Source: Octopus vulgaris (taxonomy: Eukaryota). Taken from it: a stretch of DNA of 64,000 nucleotides. Location: NCBI GenBank assembly GCA_951406725.2, contig OX597816.1:15934001-15998000 (forward strand). The letters run 5' to 3'. Position 1 is the stretch's first letter, and each line of letters starts with the position of its first letter. This document shows positions 39,082 through 51,545 of this stretch, one piece after another. Below the pieces are notes generated by a model. That model did no database searches. It had not been told where the DNA came from and worked only from the letters and a program-made list of their open reading frames with translations. A program made the translations under genes and the position numbers.

Positions 39082-39785
39082 ATAAAATTATTAACCATCT
39101 TACAAACAATAACTCTGAGTACCTTTTCAAACTCCGTCCGTCTAACACCCGTGGACATGTTTACAAAGCCAGAAAACAGCACAGCTCCCATGACTTTCGG
39201 AAACATTTTTTCATGCTCAGAGTTGCTGAAGTGTGGAACAAACTGCCGGCATCAGTTGTTAGTTGTCAGAGCACTGCATCCTTCAAAACTTCCATGTTTC
39301 CTGAGATTCGCCAACACTACACCTGATTTCTTCCCCTCCATACAGACACAAGCATGTATCTGACTCATACACTGTTCACTTGGTGCCCTGGGACAGGTAA
39401 TGATGTATAAAGGAGCTAAATAACTCTGAGCACCTTTTCAAACTCCACCTGTCTAACACCCGTGGACATGTTTACAAAGTCAGAAAACAGCACAGCTCCC
39501 ATGAATTTTGGAAAGATTTTTTCATGCTAAGAGTTGCTGAAGCATGGAACAAACTGCTGGCATCAGTTGTTAGTTGTCAGAGCACTGCATCCTTCAAAAC
39601 TTCCATGCTTTCTGAGATTCATCAACACTACACCTGATTTTCTCCCCTCCATACACACGCAAGCATGTATCTGACTCATACACTGTTCACTTTCCAGACA
39701 TTTGTACATTACTGCATATGCTTTATACACACTTCTGACAAGTTGTGGTACACCTGAGCACTGTATACAATAATTTCATTATTAT
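39082..39785 (+). mobile_element. CR1-like LINE 3' end, dimeric variant
   Basis: Same duplication and same linker (TGGTGCCCTGGGACAGGTAATGATGTATAAAGGAGCTA, 39381-39418) as 32590-33373. Confidence 0.85.
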
Positions 39786-40272
39786 AAACTGCCTTTGCTT
39801 CATTTAATTTTGCAAAAAAAAAAAAACAGAATTTGAAATAACTGTTATTATAAAGTGCTGGTGTTAGGAAGAAATTAACTTGGAATTTTGATAGGAGATT
39901 TTAATTTAGATCACTTTAAAATAGGGAATTTGAATGATAAAACTAGGGGTGGTTTCATGCAGGTTCATAACAAAACGGTCAACAGAATATTATTAAAGTT
40001 GTGGTGCATCTGAGCACTGTATACAATAATTTCATTATTATTATCATTATATGACCAGAAATGTTTTTATAGAAATCTGGTTATGAATGGAACTGCTAGT
40101 ACAACAGTAATAATTCTCATTTACAACTATAATCCAATGTCAAGACAAGGAGAAAACCACATACATGGATATATACACACATTCACACCATGCCTTTCTC
40201 AGTTTCTGTCTACCAAATGCATTCGCATACTGTTTCTAAAGTTATCTCCCTTTATTTAAATCTTTTCTTCAG

Positions 40273-40353
40273 GGTACATGGAACAAGTCTACAGACAAAA
40301 TGACCATATCATCTTGGTTTACTGCCCAGAGTTTCAGTCCATTACACATTCTC
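40273..40353 (+). CDS. Universal stress protein, exon 2 of 4
   Basis: tcttttcttcag| ... |gtaagt; phase 1 to 1; (W)YMEQVYRQNDHIILVYCPEFQSITHS(P). Confidence 0.9.
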
Positions 40354-41654
40354 GTAAGTATGAGGTTATGTAATTTTTGCTCTACTGATTACCCCCTTTT
40401 GGCACCAACCTATCGGAACCTGCCTTGAATTTATGATAAAAAAATGTCTTGTTTTAAAATGATTTCATATTTAAACAAAGTAATTTTTAATTAAAACCTT
40501 TCTTTGAAATTCTGTTTTAATTTATGTTTCAAATGACAGCTTAATTAATAATATACTGGGTTTAATCATCATTACCACCATTTAAAATCTGTTTTCCATG
40601 CTGGCATGGGTTGGGTGGTTTGACAGGAGCTCGCTAGTCGGAGAGCTGAACCAGGCTCCATAGTCTGTTTTGGTTTGGTTTCCCAATGCCAACCACTTTA
40701 CCGAGTGCACTGGCTGCTTTTTATGTGGCACCAAAAAAAAAGCATGGTCACATTGGATGCACAGGCATCGTAGATGCATCCTGACTTCGGCAGCACATAT
40801 TCAAGAAAAGCAGTTTTAGTGCATTAAAGCCTGTATTAATGGCCCAACTTTTCATTATAAAACCTGGGTTGAGTTTTTGAGACATTTTTTGGAAACAACA
40901 ACAAAAAATGCATCTTAAATACCATCAAGTTTGGTAATTTTGCAAAAGTTTTCTTAATTTTCAAAATTTAATTGAAACCATGGCAGTGTACTTCAGCAGA
41001 AATATGGTAACAAAAGGGAAGGCGGTGAGCTGGCAGACACGTTAGCACGCTGGGCGAAATGCTTAGCGGTATTTTGTCTGCCGCTACATTCTGAGTTCAA
41101 ATTCTGCCGAGGTCGACTTTGCCTTTCATCCTTTCGGGGTCGATTAAATAAGTACGAGTAATGCACTGGGGTCGATGTAATCGACTTAATCCGTTTGTTT
41201 GTCCTTGTTTGTCCCCTCTATGTTTAGCCCCTTGTGGATAGTAAAGAAATAGGTAACAAAAGGGTTAAAACACAAAAATCAAAACTTTAATCCTTATAGA
41301 AGGATGATGTCTGAAATGTTGGGTGAGAATATATTTAGTTTGAAATTCTCAAGTTAGAATATTCCAGGCAATAAACTATATTTTCATTTGTCTTTTCTTT
41401 TAGGATGCAATCTTAAGTAGTATATAAACTAAAGCTTATTTAATTTCTTCTCCAAAAGAAAAGGCTGTCAAAATTCACCCTTGCCTTATCACAGAAAATT
41501 ATTCAATTTTGTAAACTTCAATAAGTAAGGCTTGCCTAAGATGGCTCTTATTTATATATTAATTTATTATTTATTCATTTATTTGGTTCTTTTTACTATG
41601 GTTTTCTTTATTTTTTTTCTTATGTTGTCTTTTTCTTTCTCCTTCTGTTTTTAG

Positions 41655-41761
41655 CTTATGTTATGGCTGATGTGACCATCCTGGTTGACATGATGAAAGA
41701 GGAAGAGAAACAAGTTAAAGCACAGTTAGAAAAATTTGGTGAAATGCTTAAAAATGCAGGA
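41655..41761 (+). CDS. Universal stress protein, exon 3 of 4
   Basis: Long pyrimidine tract plus tag| ... |gtaagt; phase 1 to 0; (P)YVMADVTILVDMMKEEEKQVKAQLEKFGEMLKNAG. Confidence 0.9.
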
Positions 41762-41814
41762 GTAAGTAGTATTTTACAGCCCTGATAACTACCGTGCAAA
41801 GTGTCTGTCATCAC

Positions 41815-41845
<31 letters not shown>

Positions 41846-42754
41846 GTCATCATCATTATCCTCATTTTAACATTCATTTTTCTATGCCTGCATGGATCAG
41901 AAAGAATTCCCTCAGACAGGTTTTCTATAGCTGGATGCTCTTCCTGGTCACCAACTCTTTGTTGACAAAGTAATATTTCCTCACGGTTGGAGATATTTTC
42001 ATGGAAGGACACTGCTTGATTAATAGTGAGACTTATTTGCAACTATTGTATGATGTCAAGACAGAAATTATAAACACACACATATACAAATCAACTTTTA
42101 AATACACACACACCTATATACCGTGCCAGTGGCACATAAAAGACACCATTCGAGTGTGATCGTTACCAGTGTCGCTTTACTGGCACTTGTGCCCCGTGCT
42201 AGTAGGGTGCTAAGAACACCATCTGTGCATGATCGTTGCCAGAGCGGTTAACTGGCTTCCATGCCGGTGGCACGTAAAAGGCACCATTTGAGCGTGATCG
42301 TTACCAACGTCGCCTTACTGGCACCTGTGCCGGTGGCATGTGCAAAAAGATTCAAGCAAGGTCATTGCCAGTACCGCCTGACTGGCCCCCGTACCAGTGG
42401 CACGTAAAAGCTCCCACTACACTCTCGGAGTGGTTAGTGTTAAGAAGGGCATCCAGCTGTAGAAACTCTGCTAGATCAAGATTGGAGCCTGGTGCAGCCA
42501 TCTGGTTCACCAGCACTCAGTCAAATCGTCCAACCCATGCTAGCATGGAAAGCGGACGTTAAACGATGATGATTTATAGATAGATAGTTAGATACATACT
42601 AGTTTATTTTATAAGTATACTAACAGAAACACCCGGCATTGCCCAGCTTAAAGAAAATAATGAAATTTAAAAATGCCTTTTAGATCTCTAACATGAAACA
42701 TAGACTACTCAGGTGTTACCTCCTAGTAGCTGAGATACCAACTTTATACATTAA

Positions 42755-43153
42755 CTAGCAGTATCGCCTGGCGTTGCTTGGGTTTGTAAGGGAAATAACT
42801 ATATAAGCACTTTTAGAAATGTAAAGTATAATAGCCATCTCAATATGGCTAACCACAAAGGGGGGAGGTGTTACTGTAGCTTTTTACGTTCTGAGATTTA
42901 ATAATAAATTTTTAGAGAGTTACTTCCCTTATATATGCCAAAAATGCATTAAAAATGGGGAAAAATTGATGATAAATTTTTTTTTAAATTGTAGACTCAT
43001 TGTAGACGCGCGCTAATACCCAGAAGGGCTCGATATGAATCACGACTATAAGATACCCGGTTTTGGTTAAACTGCACTGCAAAATGTGGGAGTAGTTAGG
43101 AATCTAAATTGTAGGAGACAGACAGCACACAACCTCACTTTTATATATAAAGA
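42755..43153 (-). mobile_element. Non-autonomous Helitron, subfamily 2
   Basis: TC...CTAG termini shared with subfamily 1, different interior; inverted near-identical copy at 46759-47136. Confidence 0.8.
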
Positions 43154-45554
43154 TAACCTGGTGTTCCCCAGGTTATTGAAAATAATGAAATGGAAGTATG
43201 CCTTTTAGATCTCTAAGTAAAATGAAACATAGTTTATGCAGTTCTCAACAGTAATTAACTGAGGTACAAGCTATTAATGTCAATAACAAGCTTTATCCGA
43301 TGATCTCACTGTTAAAATTGTTAAAAAAACCAGGTAGATCTTTGTCTAAAATCACCTTCAATTGTCAGTATTTATTTGAAACCTGTTGAACCTGAAAATG
43401 CATAAATTTAAGAATTGGCCTGCGGGCGCTACCCTCTCGTTAATAAGTACATTTAGTAAAAATTCTATCAGATGACATTTGTAGTGAAACAAATCTGGAA
43501 AATAGGCTAGGGCTACTATGTGAGAAGCTGGTGCATATATATCATACACAAATAGAAAGTCAGAGAAAAATATAAAAAATGAAAGTATCTTTAGAATAAT
43601 TCTTTTTTCTTTTTTTTTTTTTTTTCCAGTGGCACATAAAAAACACCATCCGAGCGTGGCTGTTCGCCAGCCTCGTCTGGCACCTGTGTCGGTGGCACAT
43701 AAAAAGCACCCACTGCACTCACGGAGTGGTTGGCATTAGGAAGGGCATCCAGCTGTAGAAACACTGCCAGATCTGACTGGCCTGGTGCAGCCTTCGGGCT
43801 TCCCAGACCCCAGTTGAACCGTCCAACCCATGCTAGCATGGAATGCGGACGTTAAACGATGATGATGATGGTATCTGAAATCGTCACAACTGTAATGATG
43901 TATACATACGTGTGTATGTGTGTGTGTGTGTATGTAAATAGCTTGTTAGGATGCTAAAGACAGAAAGTTCAAACACGGGAAGTTGAAAAAAACGATTTGA
44001 AGACGTGAATCTTTATATAAAGAGCAACATTATTTATTTTTTAATAAAAAAATAATAATAAATTATAAATCAAGATCGTATTATTCTTTCCAAGATCAAA
44101 TTATTCACGTACCCCTAGTCTGGTAAAGATTAATCCAGAGGTTTGAGCATGCGTTGAGGACACACAGACAGACAGACAGGGTATTTTGTACATTAAGAAG
44201 ATCAATGAAGAGGCAGCGAGCTGGCAGAATCGTTAGCATGCCGGGCGAAATGCTTAGTGGTATTTCGTCTGCGTTATGCTCTGAGTTCAAATTCCGCCGA
44301 GGTCAACTTTGCCTTTCATCCTTTCGGGGTCGATAAATTAAGTACCAGTTATGCACTTAATCCCTTTGTCTGTCCTTGTTTGTCCCTACTATGTTTAGCT
44401 CCTTGTGGGCAATAAAGAAATAAGAAGATCAATGAAAGTAACAATTAGTATATATAATATAAATTAATATATATAATATAAATTCTTCATCTCAGAAATG
44501 TAGAACAGAATGAAGATCCTGTCCTCTTATGAGGGTCCTGTCCTCCTTTCAATCCACCAGTCTTAGAACCCCTGTAACGTGTCATGGACACTACCTTTTC
44601 TTTTTGACTAAAAGATTAAAAACTAAAAAAAACAGTTATAGTGAATACACCTCTCGTCAATAACTTTGCACATGCAGGTATCGCTCACCTACTACCCAGG
44701 TACTTTACACTGTGTATTTTCAGGAAATCTTAGGCATTTCTATGTGCTTAAGAAGCTCACTTTACAATCATGTGTTTCCAGGTTCAGTTCCACAGCAGGG
44801 CACTTTGGACAAGCATCTAGTACTGTAGCCCTAAGATCAAAGCTTTGCGAATAAGTTTAGTTGATGGAAACTGCATGGGTGCCCATTCTATGTGTGTTTG
44901 TGAGTGTCTTTGTGTTTATTCCCCAGCAGGTGTTGGTTTATTTGTGTCCTCATAATTTAGTGGTCCAGCAAAAAAAACTCTGATATTCTATGTACCAAAT
45001 TAAAAAAAACTCAATAAATACTAGGGTTGATGTGATCAACAAATATCCTTCATGGCAGTGCTCCAGAATGGTCACAGTCCCATGACTGGAACAAGTAAAA
45101 GATAAATATTGTGGAGTACTGTTTTCCGTTATTCTTTTAATTGTTTCAGTTATTAGGCTAAGGCCATGTTGGAGCACCACCTTCTAGAATTTTAGTCAAA
45201 TGAATCAATCCCTGGTACTTACTCTATCATTCTCTTTTGCCAAACTGCTATGTCACAAGGATGTAAACACACCAACACCGGTGTCAATCAGTGGCAGGGG
45301 ACAAACACAAATGCACACAAATACATACAATATATATGATGGGCTTCTTTCAGTTTCTGTTTACCAAACCCACTCACAAGGTTTTAGTTGGTTTGAGGCT
45401 ATTGCAGAAGACACTTGACTGAGGAACCACGCAGAGGAAACGAACCCAGAACCACATGGTTGGAAAGCAAACTCCTTACAACACAGCCACACTCTATATA
45501 TATAAAAAATATATCGTTTATTTAATTTTACCATTTTCATTTGTTCTTTTATAG

Positions 45555-45794
45555 GTTGGCGGCAAAGTGAAAAGCATAAATGGTCGTCCTGGAGAAGTAA
45601 TTGTAAACGTTGCCAAAGAAGACAACGCTTCTTTAATCGTCACTGGCACAAGAGGAATGGGTACTATAAGACGTACTCTGGTTGGCAGTATTAGTGACTA
45701 TGTTATTCATCATTCCCCTGTTCCTGTATTGGTTTGCAGATCGAAAGACCACCATCATCATGGCAAAGAACACCATGGGAAAGAACAGCATTAG
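45555..45794 (+). CDS. Universal stress protein, exon 4 of 4
   Basis: ttcttttatag|; VGGKVKSINGRPGEVIVNVAKEDNASLIVTGTRGMGTIRRTLVGSISDYVIHHSPVPVLVCRSKDHHHHGKEHHGKEQH*; contains the USP ATP-binding G-2X-G-9X-GS motif. Confidence 0.95.
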   Translation, partial: VGGKVKSINGRPGEVIVNVAKEDNASLIVTGTRGMGTIRRTLVGSISDYVIHHSPVPVLVCRSKDHHHHGKEHHGKEQH

Positions 45795-45854
45795 CACCTC
45801 GATCCATCTGGAAAATATTTTATATCTACTAATTAGATTTTTCATATAAACTAA

Positions 45855-45889
45855 TTAGATTATATACATATACATATCTGTGCGTGCAC

Positions 45890-45923
<34 letters not shown>

Positions 45924-46080
45924 GTGTGTTTGTGTATGTATACACACACATACATATGTATAATATGTGTTTCTATATGTATACACATACATACATATAT
46001 ATGTATAATATACATCTGTGTATACATACATACATACATATATATATATATTTGTGTGTGCATGTGTTTGTGTATATATA
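45855..46080. repeat. Compound (TA)/(TG)/(CA) microsatellite just after the USP stop
   Basis: Direct reading; similar tracts at 6135, 30875, 37555, 37960, 38245, 46280, 60035. Confidence 0.9.
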
Positions 46081-46084
46081 TGCA

Positions 46085-46280
46085 CTATGTGACCTCGTGA
46101 GTACCGCTGGCGATTTTTTTTTTCCTCTGTCTTCCCTTCTCGGGATCTTTCCTTCTCCTATGTTTCCGACGAAGAGCTCCTCTCGAAACGTTATACCCTC
46201 CTTCTTCCCTTCTTTCCTGAGCGTCCAATAATACTTTATTTGTTCCACGTCCTCGAGTTGTGTTTTTTATTTTTTTTGTG
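46085..46280 (+). mobile_element. Penelope-like terminal repeat fragment (hammerhead core mutated)
   Basis: CCGACGA-A-GAGC-TCC-TCTC-GAAA-CGTTA at 46166-46193; homologous to 16690-16890. Confidence 0.5.
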
Positions 46281-46758
46281 TTTTCTTGTTTGGATTAACT
46301 ATATATATATATATCTACGTGTGTGTGTATATATATGTCTGTGTGTGTATATATGCCTATGTGTGCAAATATATGCGTATGTGTGTATATATAAATATAT
46401 ATATATATATGTATGTATGTATACATGTACATACTAATTAGTTTTAGTGCCAGTTGCTGGTTAAAACAGCAAAATTAATGATATAACGGAATAAAATTTT
46501 TGATATATTGCTTATTTTGTGTGTGTTACTGTCATCACTATTTTCATGTTGGCTTTGCTAAATTTGTATGGGGTGGGCGAAATTTGTTGCAAACCCCCAC
46601 CCGATTCCAATTGAGATAATACATTTCCATGACCAGACATGTCTTTGAAAACTGGAAATGAATGATACCGTTTCCATGATAGTTTCTTAATTACAACAAT
46701 CATTCAATGTCAAGGAAAAAAGACAGTGACATCACAAACATGAATACATACATACATA

Positions 46759-47136
46759 TCTTTATATATAAAAGTGAGGTGGTGTGCTGTCTGTCTCCTA
46801 CGATTTAGATTCCTAACTACTCCCACATTTTGCGGTGCAGTTTAACCAAAACCGGGTATCTTATAGTCGTGATTCATATCGAGCCCTTCTGGGTATTAGC
46901 GCGCGTCTACGATGAGTCTACGATTTTAAAAAAATTTACCATCAATTTTCCCCATTTTTAATGCATTTTTGGCATATATAAGGGAAGTAACTCTCTAAAA
47001 ATTTATTATTAAATCTCAACGTAAAAAGCTACAGTAACACCCCCCCCCCTTTGTGGCTATTATACTTTACATCTCTAAAAATGCTTATACAGTTATTTCC
47101 CTTACAAACCTGAGCAACGCCGGGCGATACTGCTAG
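46759..47136 (+). mobile_element. Non-autonomous Helitron, subfamily 2, full length
   Basis: A|TC ... cctgagcaacgccggg hairpin ... CTAG|T. Confidence 0.8.
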
Positions 47137-48036
47137 TATACTAATAAAAGGGTTCAGCAAAGATTAGCTTCACCACACACCAAAGTTTAGAAATAGCAGC
47201 CAAAAATCTATTTCTTCTACTTTAAAAAGGGGGTCTCCCAGAGAAACCAAAATACTTGAAGACAAATCACACAAGCAGAGAGTAAAGCAACGAAAATCAA
47301 TCAGTATCTGGTTATCCATGGATGCGCGTTTCTGAATTAGGTTTTGCATAAAGAATATATAAAATATGTATTATACATACATATATATATATCATTTACT
47401 TGTTTCAGTCATTTGACTGCGGCCATGCTGGAGCACCGCCTTTAGTCGAGCAAATCAACCCCAGGACCTATTCTTTGTAAGCCTAGTACTTATTCTATCG
47501 GTCTCTTTTACTGAATCGCTAAGTTACAGGGGCGTAAACATACCAACATTGGTTGTCAAGCGATGTTGGGGAGACAAACCCAGGCACACAAACATATAAA
47601 GACATACAAATATATACATATATACGACGGGCTTCTTTCAGTTTCCGTCTACCAAATCCACTCACAAAGCTTTGGTCGGCCCGAGGCTATAGTAGAAGAC
47701 AATTGCCCAAGGTGCCACGCAGTGGGACTGAACCCTGAACCATGTGGTTGGTAAGCCACTCCTTATATATATTTCTTATTTTACTTTTATCATAAATCTT
47801 CACAGATTTGGTCAGTTCAGGTGAGGGAGCATGCACTGTTGCAGCCCATTGCAACGCATGCTTGCTTTCACAATTTGTTGGTATATTCCTGGGTCTTCTT
47901 GGGTATCTTGTTGAGTAGAGTTCCAATTATTTCCCATCTCCACAAGGCACCTCCTCATCTGCTATGACCATGTGGTAAGTGGTCAACCGAAGTGAGCCGG
48001 CTGGATCCTCAGTGAAAAGAACATGGTAAGCAGGGT

Positions 48037-48076
48037 CTAACTCAGAAAATTGAGCAACCTGGCTAAACAGTCCAAG
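48037..48076 (-). CDS. Candidate alternative terminal exon of the minus-strand gene
   Basis: tatttatttgtccttcctgtaaag|; phase 2 gives (R)LDCLARLLNFLS*; followed by about 270 bp of unique, exon-like sequence. Confidence 0.3.
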
Positions 48077-49062
48077 CTTTACAGGAAGGACAAATAAATA
48101 TCTTATTACTCTTACTTGTTTCAGTCATTTGACTGCGGCCATACTGGAGCACCGCCTTTAGTCGAGCAAATCGACCTCGGGACTTATTCTTTGTAAGCCT
48201 AGTACTTATTCTATCGGTCTCTTTTACCGAACCGCTAAGTGATGGGGAAGTAAACACACCAGCATCAGTTGTCAAGCGATGTTGGGGGGGGGGGACAAAC
48301 ACACATACATATATGCATATACATATATACAACAGGCTTCTTTCAGTTTCCATCTACCAAATCCACCAACAAGGCTTTGGTCGGCTCAGGGCTATAGCAG
48401 AAGACACGTGCCCAAGATGCCACGCAGTGGGACTGAACCCGGAACCATGTGGCTGGTTAGCAAGCTACTTACCACACAGCCACTCCTGCGCCTATATTGT
48501 TCATTATTTTTGATGAGATATGAGGTTGATTGTGTAAGGAAAAGGATCGAAGTGTAGGCATAGCTGTGTGGTCAAGAAGTTTGCTTTTAAATGTATGGGT
48601 TTGGTTTCAGTCCTACTATGTAGCACCTTAGACAAGTCACTTTACTGTTATTTGGAGACAACCAAAGCCTTCAGCATGGATTTAGTTGCTGGAACCTCAA
48701 AAAAATTTTTTTATGTGTGTATATACATGCATTTGTGTATGTATGTGTGTGCACCCGCGCGCGTTTGATCCTCCCCCCACACACACACAACCATAACAAC
48801 TGTTTGACACCCATTGTTGGTTTGCTTATGTCCCTTTACTTAGCAATTTAGCAAAAGCGTCAAAAGAGAACAAGATAGAAATAATCATCACTGGGGTCAG
48901 TTTGACTTGCTAAAACCATCCAAAGCAGAGCTACAGCATGGCCACAGTCAAATGACTGAAACAAGTAACAGAAAAAAGATAGTCATCTACTTCTATCCAT
49001 TGAAAGGTTTATCTAGAAGCTATAGCTGAACGTGTCTCTTCACAGTTGTCTCCCTTGCTTAC

Positions 49063-49106
49063 CGTAAACGTAATATCTTTGTTAAATTTTCCATCAACAT
49101 TTCAGA
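49063..49106 (-). CDS. Unidentified coiled-coil-like protein, exon 7 of 8
   Basis: aag| (weak acceptor) ... |gtaagc; phase 0 to 2; SEMLMENLTKILRL(R). Confidence 0.65.
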
Positions 49107-49957
49107 CTTCATAATATGAAAATAAACAATAAATTTACTCTTATTTGTTTCAATGATTGTACTGCGACCCAGCTGGAGCACCGTCTTGATGGTTAAGTCC
49201 ACTTAATCAATCCCCGGTACTTATTCAGTTGGTCTTTTAAAAATTTTTGTTGTTGTCAAACCAGAAAGTCATCAGGACAAACAAACAATACCTGTTTTCA
49301 AGTAGTGACGCCCCACCACCACGCACACGTAATGACTGGTTCTACCTACTTTCTATTCCACAAATCCACTTAGAAGGCATTAGTAAGTCTGGAGCTATTG
49401 TAGAAGACACCCGAAGTGTTGCACAGTAGGACCAGATCCATCGCCTGACTTTTAGAGGCCCCCTGCAACTTTTGGTTTCGAGGCCCCATCCCTTCAATCA
49501 AAATTCATAATCTACACGCCTTTTTTTTCATAGTTATATTTTACTTTATTCTACCTGAAGTTCAATATTTCACGTTATCCTAAAGAACATCTTTAAAAGT
49601 ACAACAAGTTAAACTCATTTAGGTTTATTGCTAATTTCAATAAACAAATCTTCCAGATATGAATAAAAGAACACTTTTATAACCCAGGCAACTTTCAAAG
49701 ACAAACACGGCACACTTATCCCTTTGCAAAATCATTGATCAATTCAGAATAATAAAGCCGAGAGCTAAGTTTGTGTTCAATAAATATCATAGACAATCCA
49801 CAAAGCCTGGTAGACGTTCGTGGTACAACGTAATATTTTTTATGAAACTTTCAGTCACCATAGTTTAATTCTTGTTCAACATCTTAACCAAAGTAAATAG
49901 ATGACTCATCTATGTACATTGATCTTAACATGGGGCCCCTCAACTGTGGAGACCCCC

Positions 49958-50245
49958 TGCGAATTTCAGGAAACATGGAAGTTTTGAAGAATGTAGTGTC
50001 CTGACAGCTAACAACTGATGCAAGTAGTTTATTCCATGCTGCAGCAATTCTTAACATGAAAAAAATGATTCCGAAATCACAGATGTATTGTTTTTTGATT
50101 TTGTAAGCATATCCATGGGTGTTAGAGATATGGAATTCAAAAAGGTGCCCAAGAATTTTGTTGGAAAGATTGCTGATAATCTTATGGGTGTCTACTGAAT
50201 CAGCTGCCAGATATTGGAGCACTAATGTGTCCATGCACTTAAACA
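49958..50245 (-). mobile_element. Diverged CR1-like LINE 3' fragment
   Basis: ORF 49884-50270 is similar to the CR1 C-terminus copies (LAAD..DTHKI..FFMLRIA.AWNKL). Confidence 0.75.
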
Positions 50246-50607
50246 GCTGCCCAGTGACTTCGAGGACCACCTCCCAGTGGTGTCAGGTGTCAACAAAGAG
50301 CCCTCGACAACAACAAGACGACCAAAGTTTTTTTTTTTTTTTTTCCAAGGTCTGGGGTCTCCCGCCCTTAAGCCCTAGACCATCACCTAATCACCCTTAC
50401 CCGTCTTGTTGCTTAACAACAACAACAGCACTTAAACAGACAAATGTGAAAATAAATATTGGATGAGAGAAATAAATATTGGAACAGAACAGAGAGAACA
50501 ACCAGGCACGCCATGTAAAAAAATAAGGTGAAAGGAATGATAATTGTTAATTTCGAATATTAAAAATGCTATAATAATGAAATTTGGTAATCAATATTTA
50601 AAGTTAC

Positions 50608-50671
50608 CTTTATTTGTTTGAATATGAACCCTCTAAACTCTCGAATTGCTTTCAGATTATTCAGTGTATTT
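50608..50671 (-). CDS. Unidentified coiled-coil-like protein, exon 6 of 8
   Basis: ttttttatctgttgcag| ... AAG|gtaact; only the phase-2 frame is open: (K)NTLNNLKAIREFRGFIFKQIK. Confidence 0.75.
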
Positions 50672-50755
50672 CTGCAACAGATAAAAAATTGTAATAGATT
50701 AGTAGTGAAGACCCAGTAGTCTTATTACTGTAGAATTTCAGAAATTTAATTCAAT

Positions 50756-50798
<43 letters not shown>

Positions 50799-51545
50799 CA
50801 TCCTTATTATTAAGGTGGTGAGCTAGCAGATTCATTAGCATGACAGACAAAAAGCTCAGGGGCATTTCATCTGACTTTGTTCTGAGCTCAAATTACACCC
50901 AAGACTGACTTTGCCTTTCATTCCTGTGGGGGGGTTGATAAAATTCCCCTCAAAAGACAAATACTGCAGTTAATTAGTCTTTCTACTATGTTTCTGCATT
51001 AAGTATGATTTACAGATTGCTATTTTAAACTGCTTTGGTTGCACATAACCAATTTGCCAATTCAGTAACTTCACAGTCATTGTTTTTCATATCACAAAAT
51101 ATAACGGAGTACTTTAAGAACTGTAAAATTAATCCACCACTTCAAACAAAACCTTAAAACCTTTGGTTCTTTTCTGTATTAATATTCAGTTCAGTTTTGG
51201 TTCCTTTTGTGCTATGGGCAGCATGTTGAAGCTTTTAGTTTCTGTTGGCTGCACATTTTACTGCATCTGGCCACATGATATTGGCCTCACTCTCTTGGTT
51301 ATGAATGTTCTGCACCATATAATTTTCAGTTTTCCCCTCTCTCTTTCTCTCTTGTGGTTTTCATTCCAAAAACTGTTTTAGAATGGCATTGTTCGGGTAA
51401 CCAGAGTATGTAACCTGTTTGTTTTAATCTTCATTCTGTGATGATGTTGCTAATTGGTCTTGTATTGAGCCTCCTTAGAATATCTCCATTAGTTACATGG
51501 GTCTACAACACTGCTGGCCTACACACAAAGATCTGACTCTATAAT

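Noticed and set aside
45555-45794. Bacterial uspA contamination or recent horizontal transfer
   Set aside because: The gene has three GT-AG introns filled with host repeats, and USPs are native to molluscs
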